This document shows positions 19,795-27,795 of a stretch of DNA of 64,000 nucleotides, piece after piece. Below the pieces are notes generated by a model that was given only the letters and a program-made list of their open reading frames with translations, was not told where the DNA came from and ran no database searches. Within the stretch, counting starts at the first letter, position 1. Each line of letters starts with the position of its first letter. The stretch is taken from positions 67,828-131,827 of the forward strand of contig JAWKUN010000006.1 of the NCBI GenBank assembly GCA_041398565.1. Direction: 5' to 3'. Origin of the DNA: Planctomycetota bacterium. Lineage in GTDB: Bacteria; Planctomycetota; UBA1135; UBA2386. The position numbers were made by a program, and so were the translations under genes.

Positions 19795-19832
19795 GCGCCC
19801 GGAGTGTCGCCGCCCGAGCCTCCCGTGTCACG
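18128..19832. repeat. Direct repeat unit B (1.7 kb): promoter, kinase and TM half of kinase copy 2
   Basis: Matches 14828-16532. Confidence 0.95.
19803..19831 (-). promoter_or_regulatory. Sigma70-like promoter GTGACA-N17-GACACT for kinase copy 2
   Basis: Identical boxes and spacer to 16503-16531; ATG 8 nt downstream. Confidence 0.5.
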
Positions 19833-19870
19833 GGCCTTCGGCGCGCTGGCGACCGCGACATCCCCCGACG

Positions 19871-22084
19871 TCAGCGGTAGCCGTCGACCGTGCTCCGATC
19901 CGGCACGAAGAAGCCCGCATCGGCGAGGACGAGCGCACTACCGGTCACGCGCGCGACCAGGTAGCGCAGCGCGTACGGCATGTGCTGCATGACCAGCAGC
20001 GTCGCATCCCGGTACTGCACGTCCGTCACCGCGTCGTAGATGGCATCCAGCATCTCGTCGGCGCCGACGTCCCACGCCCGGTTCGAGCACGGGATCAAGA
20101 CCTCGTACACCAGCCGGTAGGTACCCAGGCGAGCGATCGCCAGGTCGACGAACGCTCGCACTCGAGCCAGATCGGCGCTCGAGGCTACGAAGGTGTTGCG
20201 CTGGGCGTCGTAGTCCGCGCGCGCGTCCGGCACGTGCACGAGATACCCCTGCAGGCGCGCTGCCTCGCGCAAGGCCAGCGGCAGATTGCGCACGAAGAGC
20301 TGCTGCTGGTAGCTGTCGTCGGGGACGGCACCCAGCAGGGTGCGGACCGCATCGTCCCAGTTGTTGGCCATGACGTGGTCGGCGACCGCGTCGGTCACGC
20401 TCGGGCTGCTGTAGTGGAGCAATTGCACGAAGGTGCGGACCATGGGCGCGTCGAAGCCGTAGCCGGCGGTGAACGGCTCGTCGATGATGCGCAGGTTGGT
20501 GAGTTCGTACTGACCGGCACCGTTCATCGAGATGCTCACGGCGGCGCCATCGAACGAGCCGGAGCGCAGCCGCGCGTTCTCGGTAGCGTTGAATCGGCTG
20601 ACGATGCGCCCGTTCTGGTTGACCAGGCTCACGCCGAGCCCGCCGATGAACTCGCGCCCGTCCGTGGACCGGACCAGGTCACCGACCCGCGACAGCCCGA
20701 AGTCCGCCGCTTCGCTGAGCCACGGGATCGAGGCCAGGCCACCCACGAGCCCGGTACCCAGGCTCAAGATGCTGGGCAGAATCCGCAGTAGGTCGTCCAG
20801 GTTGCTGTTGTCCTGCTCCAGCATCGCCAGCGACAGAACCGCGTTGTCGTCGGGATAGAGGACGCCCTCCCACAGGGTCAGGCCGGGCAGGGTGCGGCCG
20901 TTGAAGAACTGGAAGTAGTCCTCCGGGTGCGGATCCGACAGCCGCACGCTCTTGTAACTGACCCGACCGGTAAGGGACGACTCGAAGCGTTCCTGCGCCT
21001 TGAAGTAGACCTCGTCACGGTCGTTGAACATGCCCTCCTCGTGCGTGTGCGTGGTGCAGTGCACGTCGGCGACCACCTTGAAGCGCCGCGCCGTGCACGC
21101 CATCGTCGGGCAGGTCACGAACGCCACCGAGTTGAACTCCGGTTCCGACGACAGCGCCTGCGCCGAGGCGAAGACCAGGGTGCTGTCGCCCGTGGGGTTG
21201 GGGATCGTGTAGCAGCCGACACCGAACGCAGCGCGGTCACGCTGGTACACCCGCGCTTCAGCTCCCCACGCAGCAGCCACCCCCGCGGCATCGAGGTTCC
21301 AGCCGATGCGGTAGCGGAAGGTGTCGGCGCCCGAGCCGTTGTCCTGGGCGACCAGGATCAGCTCAGGTCGAGGATCGCGGTCGAGGTAGGTGATCGCGCA
21401 CGCGGCACCGTGCGCCTCGTAGCTCACCCCACCGACGCTGCGCATCGGACTCCAGCTCACAGGCAGGCCGTTGCTCTGCAGGTCCCAGCCGATGACGTAG
21501 CGGAACGAGTTCGCCCCGGCCGGGTTGTCGTAGACCATGAAGACGAGATCGGGCCGCCCGTTGCGGTTGACGTCGCCGATGCTGCAGCCGGCACCTTGCG
21601 ACTCCCAACCCAGCGACGGGCCGGAGAACAGCGGCGACCAGGACTGGGCGCGACCGGTGGTGTCGAGATCCCAACCGACGACGAAGCAGGGATAGTTGGC
21701 GCCCGCCGGAGCCCAGTTGATCGCCAGCACGAGGTCAGGCCGCGACGACCCGCCGAGGTTCCACACCGCCAGGTCGGCGCCCTGGGCAACGCGCGGCGCC
21801 AGCGTGGCGAACGGCGTCGACACGACGTGCACCGGGGACAGCGTCGCCGGCGTACCGTCGCTGCGCAGGTCGAAACCCACGCGGTAGTGGAAGGCACCAC
21901 CGGAGAACACGCCGTAGATCAGGTCTTCCGGTCCCGTGGTGTTGACCAGGGCACGGGTCATCCCGGCGCCCTGCGCCGTGGTGATGCCGGAGAACGGGGG
22001 CAGGATCGGGCCCTGGGCCTGAACGGAGTGCGCCAGGCAGGCCGAGAGGATCGTCGACAGTGTGGTCAGGGTCAGGGGTCGCAT
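19871..22084 (-). CDS. Secreted protein with FG-GAP/VCBS-like repeats, a beta-sandwich region and a helical C-terminus
   Basis: Signal peptide; about 4 repeats of G(W/F)(D/N)LxxxG...SWSP...GA...RPDLV; calcium-blade-like GDVNRNGRPDL. Confidence 0.75.
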   Translation of the reverse strand: MRPLTLTTLSTILSACLAHSVQAQGPILPPFSGITTAQGAGMTRALVNTTGPEDLIYGVFSGGAFHYRVGFDLRSDGTPATLSPVHVVSTPFATLAPRVAQGADLAVWNLGGSSRPDLVLAINWAPAGANYPCFVVGWDLDTTGRAQSWSPLFSGPSLGWESQGAGCSIGDVNRNGRPDLVFMVYDNPAGANSFRYVIGWDLQSNGLPVSWSPMRSVGGVSYEAHGAACAITYLDRDPRPELILVAQDNGSGADTFRYRIGWNLDAAGVAAAWGAEARVYQRDRAAFGVGCYTIPNPTGDSTLVFASAQALSSEPEFNSVAFVTCPTMACTARRFKVVADVHCTTHTHEEGMFNDRDEVYFKAQERFESSLTGRVSYKSVRLSDPHPEDYFQFFNGRTLPGLTLWEGVLYPDDNAVLSLAMLEQDNSNLDDLLRILPSILSLGTGLVGGLASIPWLSEAADFGLSRVGDLVRSTDGREFIGGLGVSLVNQNGRIVSRFNATENARLRSGSFDGAAVSISMNGAGQYELTNLRIIDEPFTAGYGFDAPMVRTFVQLLHYSSPSVTDAVADHVMANNWDDAVRTLLGAVPDDSYQQQLFVRNLPLALREAARLQGYLVHVPDARADYDAQRNTFVASSADLARVRAFVDLAIARLGTYRLVYEVLIPCSNRAWDVGADEMLDAIYDAVTDVQYRDATLLVMQHMPYALRYLVARVTGSALVLADAGFFVPDRSTVDGYR

Positions 22085-22150
22085 TGCAGTTCAATCCGTG
22101 TTTCGCAGTTGGCTGGTCACCGCGCGCGGGGTGCTCGCGGCGATGGCCAC

Positions 22151-22180
22151 TCAGCACCGGGCCGCTGGGCGATCCGTCAC
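22151..22180 (-). promoter_or_regulatory. Putative ECF-type promoter GTGACGGATCG-N10-CGGTGCTGA upstream of the 22084 gene
   Basis: Exact motif; shares CGGTGCTGAGT with the 24220 copy; about 67 nt before the ATG. Confidence 0.7.
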
Positions 22181-22475
22181 CGATTCCGTGCGGAGTGGCC
22201 CGCGTGCGCCGAGGGGCGGCCCGAACCAACCGTCGGCCGCACGTTCCCACTGCCGTGCCACTTGCCCTCCCCTGCCACCGCACACCGAGATCAGGCCATG
22301 CCGTTCGACGGAGTCCGAACCTGGTCCCGGAGACTCGTGGGCATCGCCGGGTCGCACGTGCCGCTGCTCGACCCACTCGATCGCGGGAGTGCCCGGTCAG
22401 TGGCGTGACCCGCGCGCGAGTCTCAGTCGGCCGCTACGACGTCCGGCGCGACGCCAACGACGGCCCTCGCTGCCG

Positions 22476-23924
22476 TCATAGCTGACTGCCGACCACCGTC
22501 CCGTCATCGTGCCGCGTCGGGTCGGCGCCGTTGACGTACAGCTTGCCGTCGAGCGGACTGACCCACAGGCGGAAGCCGCCGAACAACATCACCGGCAAAT
22601 CGACCCCGGACGCGAAGACCTTCTTCCACGAGAACAACACCGGCGCGCCGGAGAACGACAGCGTCTTGCCGTTGTCCCCGACCGATTCAACGGCGCTGCC
22701 AAGACCGACCAGCAGGTCGTGGTCTCGGCTACTCGTGTTCACGTTCGACGGGCGCTCGTACCACTGCGCACCGCCGGTCCCGGCGTGAAAGATCGTCCCG
22801 TACCCCGAGTCAGTGACGGTCACGCCCGAAGCGGCGCTCGGCGAGCAATCGATCCGCGTCGAGACACAATCGCTGTTCACGGTGACTGAAGCGCCGAGCT
22901 TGCCTCCGAGGACCGTGACACCGCGGACCTCCGATGTGCCCACGCCATCACCCAGCACGTATCCAGCAGCCGGGCCGGTGAGCGACAGTCCGATGAACTG
23001 GTTTTCCTGCGCCAGCGCTCCGTTCGGCGGATTCACGCGGACGTGGGTGCCCTGGGCGATTTCCATGCGCCCGGCGAACAGGTTGCGGTCCGCCTCGCCG
23101 AGATCGATGCCGATCGCTGCCGCCTGCGCGGCCTCGATGTTGCCGCCCATCCAAGAGTTCCCGTTGCTGTTGCCGCCGAGCCCGGTGACTACACCGAGCA
23201 CCGCCACGCCCGTCGCACACTGGCGCGTGTGACAGCCCGTGAACGTGTTGCCGTTCGCCTGGTTGAACAGGCGGAACCCCGTCCCCACCGCCCAGGACAC
23301 TTCGCAGTGCGACGCCTCGCCGTAGAAAGCTGACTCGACCTGGATGCCGGCGGTGCTCCAGCCGCGCTGGTTCGCACCGAGTGCCGTCGATTGCCAGTTC
23401 GGCGTGTCGCCCACGACCATGACGCGCTCCAAGCGCCACCAGTGGGGAAACCGTGTCCGACCGTTGTCGGGGCCGACGTCGATGCCAACGGCACCGCCAG
23501 TGGAGTACAGCAGAATGTTCTCCACGGCGCAGCCCGGATGACCATCGAAGTCCACCGCGGTCCCCGTGCCGGTGTAGGCCAGGGCCGTGGACAGGCCAGC
23601 GCCGACGAGCACCTGGCGCGCGCGGGTGAAGACGATGCCGGGGGCGCTGATCCGGTACGTTCCCGGCGGCAAGTAGACGTAATAGTGCGCGGCAAGTGCG
23701 GCGTTGATGTACGCGGTGGCGTCGACAACGCCGTCACTGACGGCACCGAAGTCCCACACTTTGGCGGCACCCGCCATGGCAGCGCGGGGCATGAGACCCG
23801 TTGTGGGCTCACTGTCGAGGGCGAACGAGACAGGCTCGCGCCGCTCGCCGGCCGACGCCCCGAAGACGGGCGATAGCCAGGCGACGAAGAACAGGGACGG
23901 AAGCCAGCAGAGAAACCAACGCAT
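22476..23924 (-). CDS. Secreted right-handed beta-helix protein (pectate lyase 3 / tailspike-like)
   Basis: Signal peptide; VWDFGAVSDGVVDATAYINAAL...VYLPPGTYRI entry motif; Asn-ladder repeats (NGNTF, NGNSW, DRNLF); C-terminus LWVSPLDGKLYVNGADPTRHDDGTVVGSQ. Confidence 0.8.
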   Translation of the reverse strand: MRWFLCWLPSLFFVAWLSPVFGASAGERREPVSFALDSEPTTGLMPRAAMAGAAKVWDFGAVSDGVVDATAYINAALAAHYYVYLPPGTYRISAPGIVFTRARQVLVGAGLSTALAYTGTGTAVDFDGHPGCAVENILLYSTGGAVGIDVGPDNGRTRFPHWWRLERVMVVGDTPNWQSTALGANQRGWSTAGIQVESAFYGEASHCEVSWAVGTGFRLFNQANGNTFTGCHTRQCATGVAVLGVVTGLGGNSNGNSWMGGNIEAAQAAAIGIDLGEADRNLFAGRMEIAQGTHVRVNPPNGALAQENQFIGLSLTGPAAGYVLGDGVGTSEVRGVTVLGGKLGASVTVNSDCVSTRIDCSPSAASGVTVTDSGYGTIFHAGTGGAQWYERPSNVNTSSRDHDLLVGLGSAVESVGDNGKTLSFSGAPVLFSWKKVFASGVDLPVMLFGGFRLWVSPLDGKLYVNGADPTRHDDGTVVGSQL

Positions 23925-24219
23925 GGCAGTGATCCTCGGGGAAGAGACGTGGTGTCAACCGCCCAGTCAGTGACCTTCGAGCGTGACGTTACCCCCGGTT
24001 GGGGCGCCCCACCAGGAACTTCGCCGCGCAATGCTGCAGCAGGATCTCGCCCTCGACTCGGGCACGGGCGGCCTGCCCCCCGTGAGGATGCGCTCGTTCC
24101 GGCCCTGATCCTCGCCACAAGAGTCATGGACGTCCGTGACGCAGTCTGAATCAAGCCATGCCGCTCGACGCGACGCCGAGATGGTGGCGCGGGCGGACGC
24201 TCTCGATCGGAAGAAACCA

Positions 24220-24249
24220 GTGACGGATCGAGGCCTGCTCCGGTGCTGA
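24220..24249 (+). promoter_or_regulatory. Putative ECF-type promoter GTGACGGATCG-N10-CGGTGCTGA upstream of the 24293 gene
   Basis: Exact motif and spacing; about 44 nt before the ATG. Confidence 0.7.
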
Positions 24250-24292
24250 GTCGATGCCCGATTCCCGGGCACCAAACAAGGATGCTCCTCGA

Positions 24293-26173
24293 ATGAATCA
24301 CCACACCGATACGAACCACGGCTTGTCTCTGGCACGGCTCGCAGCATGCGCAGCCGCTGCCTGTCTGACGGTTGCTCTGACTGCGGCGCCGCAGGTCCCG
24401 TCGATCCGCCGAGCGGATGACGCCAAGGATGTGGTTGTCCCGCTCGGACGCCCCTTGGCCCAAGCGATCCTGGTCGGCGCGCGCGCCGCGGGCCCGATCC
24501 AGATCGCCGGCGTGGAAGGGGCGCTGGAAATCGAGCCGGCGACGCTGGTCCTGCTCCAGGGTCGCGAAGCCCTGACGTCGTTGGCCGCCAGGTTGCTGAC
24601 CGAGTCCGAGAGCGCGGCCATGGTGTACCAGGTCCTCCACGGCGGTGATGCGCCGCAGCTGTCCGCAGCGCGGCCGGTGGCTCCGCGCCTGCTCGACGAG
24701 GCTCGTTGCAGAGACATCGCCCGTGTGTTCCTGTCGCGGATGGAAGGCAATGGTGCCGGGATGCAGCCGGTGGGCCCGGGTGAGCCGCTCTACCGGCCCG
24801 ACCTGCCATCCGTCGCCTATTACGAGTTCCGGACCGAGCCGACCGGTTACATCATCGTTGCCACTGGCCACCACGACCATCCGATCCCGCTGTGGGGCCA
24901 CGATGGCAACTCGCCGCGCCGCCTCCTCGCCGAACGCGCCGGCGCTGCCGCGGGGGCGATTGCGCGCAGCTACATGGTCGGAACGGCCGCACTGGTCGCT
25001 GAGGACGTCGGCGGCAACGTGGTCAGCGTCCTGGGAACGCTCCCCGAAGTCGGCGACCAGCCCGGCACGGCGCCGGCGCGCACCCGCAGTTGGCGCGATT
25101 TCAAGGCGGACAGTCTCGCCGACCGTGCCAGGAGCGCGTCGCTGGAGGCCGATCGGCACGGCGCGGCATGGCGGGCACTGGATCGACTGCAGATGAGCAC
25201 GCCAATGGGCATCACCGTGCGCTACGTCGAGAACTGGACCCGCGAGGTACGACTCGGCAATGGGGCTGTCGACTACAACGAGAGCCTGCGCCAGAGCGAG
25301 GCGGAGCAGTGCAAGTACGGCCAGTACCAGGGTGGCTACGGATGTGCGAGCGGGTGTAGCCCCACTGCCTGGGCGATGCTGATCGGCTGGGCCGACCGTC
25401 GCGCCCACGCCGGCGACGCGCGCTGGGCGGGCTTGCGCGGTCTGTTCCGCTGGGGTGGCTACACCTTCACCGACCCGTCCGCCATCGCGCCAGACTACGT
25501 CGACCAGAGGAATTGGCATCCCTGGAGCGAGCCGGTGCAGAACCTGGTCGACTACCTGCGCGTCCTGATGGGGACGTTCTGCTCCGGGCGCGAAGGCGCC
25601 ACGCCGACCGGCAACGTGTTGGACGTCGACCCGTATCTCCGCCTGCAGGGCGCATCCGCGGGTGGCTGGTACAGCAGCGCCGGGAACTACAGCAACACGC
25701 ACCGCGACTGGGCGATCGCCGCGATTCAGGGCGGGCAGCCGGCGGTCGTCTCCCACGACCATCACTCGGAGGTGGCCTTGGGCTACAAGTCCCTCCGGTA
25801 CTTCGAGAACGGCGTCGAGATCGACCGCACGTTCGAACACTTCTACATGAACCGTGGCTGGGGCGGCGTGTTCGCCTGGGTTGCCGCGGCAAGCACGGCC
25901 GCTGCCACCCTGACCCCTGGCAACATGCTGGAGGAGTGGATCGAGCGCTGCCGCTGCGAGTGCTCGGTGTCGTTCCTCGGCGCCGACGGATACTGGCGCG
26001 CGATCCCGCGAGGTGGTCGGCCCGTGCGCATTCCCGTGCGGGACGGGCACGTGTTCTGGCGGTGCGGTACTTCGACCGAGTACGCCTCGACCTACGGCTC
26101 GGCGACCTGGCTCGAGGTGTGGCGGCCAGACACCTTCCCACAAGGCGTCATCTTCATCCAGGCGCTGCGCTGA
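24293..26173 (+). CDS. Secreted papain-fold cysteine peptidase, C10 (streptopain)-like, with prodomain
   Basis: Signal peptide; prodomain-like YYEFRTEPTGYIIVATG; catalytic Cys in ASGCSPTAWAML, His in HHSEVALGY, and FYMNRGWGG matching the C10 NWGWGG motif. Confidence 0.75.
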   Translation: MNHHTDTNHGLSLARLAACAAAACLTVALTAAPQVPSIRRADDAKDVVVPLGRPLAQAILVGARAAGPIQIAGVEGALEIEPATLVLLQGREALTSLAARLLTESESAAMVYQVLHGGDAPQLSAARPVAPRLLDEARCRDIARVFLSRMEGNGAGMQPVGPGEPLYRPDLPSVAYYEFRTEPTGYIIVATGHHDHPIPLWGHDGNSPRRLLAERAGAAAGAIARSYMVGTAALVAEDVGGNVVSVLGTLPEVGDQPGTAPARTRSWRDFKADSLADRARSASLEADRHGAAWRALDRLQMSTPMGITVRYVENWTREVRLGNGAVDYNESLRQSEAEQCKYGQYQGGYGCASGCSPTAWAMLIGWADRRAHAGDARWAGLRGLFRWGGYTFTDPSAIAPDYVDQRNWHPWSEPVQNLVDYLRVLMGTFCSGREGATPTGNVLDVDPYLRLQGASAGGWYSSAGNYSNTHRDWAIAAIQGGQPAVVSHDHHSEVALGYKSLRYFENGVEIDRTFEHFYMNRGWGGVFAWVAAASTAAATLTPGNMLEEWIERCRCECSVSFLGADGYWRAIPRGGRPVRIPVRDGHVFWRCGTSTEYASTYGSATWLEVWRPDTFPQGVIFIQALR

Positions 26174-26226
26174 TCGTCGTCGCCGCCGGGCGGAGCCGGG
26201 CATTCGGGATGCACGTTCACGGAGCC

Positions 26227-26484
26227 GTGCCGCTCGACCCGACGCAGCCCGATCCCGACCCCGACCATGCCGGACTGCTCACCCGCATCGTCGAGGCGGC
26301 GGCCCGCGGCGACCAGTCCGAGGTCGAGCGGGTGCTGGCCGCGCGCCCTGAGCAGGCCGAGGATCTACGCCAAGGCATCGAGCGCCTCGGCAGGATCGGC
26401 CTCATCCGCGGGGGATCAGAGCCTGATCCGGGCGTCATCGGTCCCTACCGGGTCCTCGACAAGCCGGGCCAGGGGTGCACCGGT
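26227..26484 (+). pseudogene. Truncated N-terminal fragment of a paralogous Ser/Thr kinase
   Basis: LDPTQPDP...GLLTRIVEAAARGDQSEVERVLAA...LGRIGLI...IGPYRVLDKPGQG aligns with the start of the tandem kinases (IDPTLPDP...GLLTRVVEAAVRRDEGEVERILAA...IGPYRILETLGEG). Homology stops at the Gly-rich loop. Confidence 0.8.
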
Positions 26485-26579
26485 TGGTTCGAGTGGGTCT
26501 GCGCGCTGGCTGTGGAGACGGCCAGCGACACGGCGGCGAGGACGAAGCGACGCACGACTTGCCCCTGGACGAAGACGAA

Positions 26580-26658
26580 GATGGCCAAGCGACAGGGGTC
26601 GTCAGGCAGCGTACCAGCGTTGCAGCGGATGGACCAAGGCTCCGACGCTGAACGCTGG
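26580..26658 (-). repeat. 79-bp two-hairpin dispersed repeat, copy 1
   Basis: Reverse complement reads CCAGCGTTCAGCGTCGGAGCCTTGGTCCATCCGCTGCAACGCTGG...GGCCATC and is collinear with the copies at 28969, 39184 and 51249. Confidence 0.85.
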
Positions 26659-26714
26659 GTGGTGACGGCAGAGCACGCCGACGTGCTCCCGGCCAGCACC
26701 CCCCCTCGGTCGCA

Positions 26715-27299
26715 TCACTCGGATTGCCGCGCCCCGAGCCGGCGGCTCAACTCCGCCAGCGCGCGGGCGTGCAGGAGCTGGACGGCATTCTCGCTGCGGC
26801 CCATCGCCTGCGCGATCTCGGCGAACGACCGCTCCTCGAAGTCGCGCAGCTCGATCACCGTCCGCCGCTCCTCGGGCATCTCTTCGAGGACGTCGGCCAT
26901 GCGCGCCAGGTCCTCGCCACGGGCCGCTGCTTCCTCGGCAGCAGTCTGCGCCGCCACCGGCTCGATCGCCGCGACCATCGACGTCGCCAGAGTCGCGAAG
27001 CGTTCTTCGCGGCGCCGCCGCACTGCGCCGCCGATACGGCTGCGGGCGATCTGCACCAGCCAGGCAACGAACGATGCCTCGTCGCGCAGCTCGAACCCGG
27101 GCAGCCGTTGCATGACCTCGACCAGCACGTCGCCGGCGTAGTCGACGGTCTCGGCCCGCCGCCGCGCCTCCAGGCCCATCAGCCATCGGACCCTGCCGAG
27201 CAACACCGGCGTGTAGCACTCGAGCACCTCCCCTAGTGCGGCACGATCGCCAGCACGCGCAGCCTGCAGGCGTCCACGGAGCCAGTCGAGGTCAGGCAT
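26715..27299 (-). CDS. ECF sigma-70 factor (planctomycete kinase-associated type)
   Basis: ARAGDRAALGEV; region 2 FVAWLVQIARSRI; region 4 SFAEIAQAMGRSENAVQLLHARAL. Confidence 0.92.
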   Translation of the reverse strand: MPDLDWLRGRLQAARAGDRAALGEVLECYTPVLLGRVRWLMGLEARRRAETVDYAGDVLVEVMQRLPGFELRDEASFVAWLVQIARSRIGGAVRRRREERFATLATSMVAAIEPVAAQTAAEEAAARGEDLARMADVLEEMPEERRTVIELRDFEERSFAEIAQAMGRSENAVQLLHARALAELSRRLGARQSE

Positions 27300-27795
27300 G
27301 GGTAGAGCGTGTTTGCTGGGACAAGTTGGAGAAGCAACGCGGCAACCAAGCCCCCCGTTCCAACCGTGCATGCGGTCGTCCTGCACACGGCTGACCGATG
27401 GTCTTGTTCATGCCGTCTTGCGCGCCGGGTCATTGGATGGTGCCGACCACGGCCCGAGCTCGCTACGGGCGAAGTCTGCTGCTCCGGACACCATCGTCGG
27501 ACAGCATAGGCAGGGCGCTCGCTGGCGCGCATCATTCGGCAACCCCAAGGGCAGGCCGGAGTTGGCTCGACCGAGCACCGCGGACGCCGGCGCCGGCGGC
27601 GTCGTCGTCCCGCTGCCGGAGCAGCGCGTGGCGCCGGGCGCTCCAGCCCTGCAACAGGGTACCACGCTGGTCGAGGCCGAATCCTCATGCCCCCGCGAAC
27701 GGGCCACGCCGTCACGACGCTCCGATCGGCAACGGGACCCATGTCGGGTCGCCGGAATGTCAGCGAAACACGACTCTCCTCACGGGAATCCGACC

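Noticed and set aside
14828..19832. Tandem duplication as a pure assembly artefact
   Set aside because: The two units carry distinct SNPs throughout and join different, intact 3' halves in frame. An artefact is unlikely, though long reads would be decisive.
26580..26658. The 79-bp repeats as integron attC sites (TTGCAGCG...CGCTGAA bulged stem)
   Set aside because: The RYYYAAC and GTTRRRY core boxes are absent. Copies occur in both orientations, one is inside a CDS, they do not delimit cassettes, and no integron integrase is present.
27685..27715. Possible fifth copy of the promoter motif (GTGACGGCGTG) pointing toward the ECF gene
   Set aside because: Only 8 of 11 bases match, the downstream CTG(A/G) is not at the conserved spacing, and it lies about 400 bp from the start.
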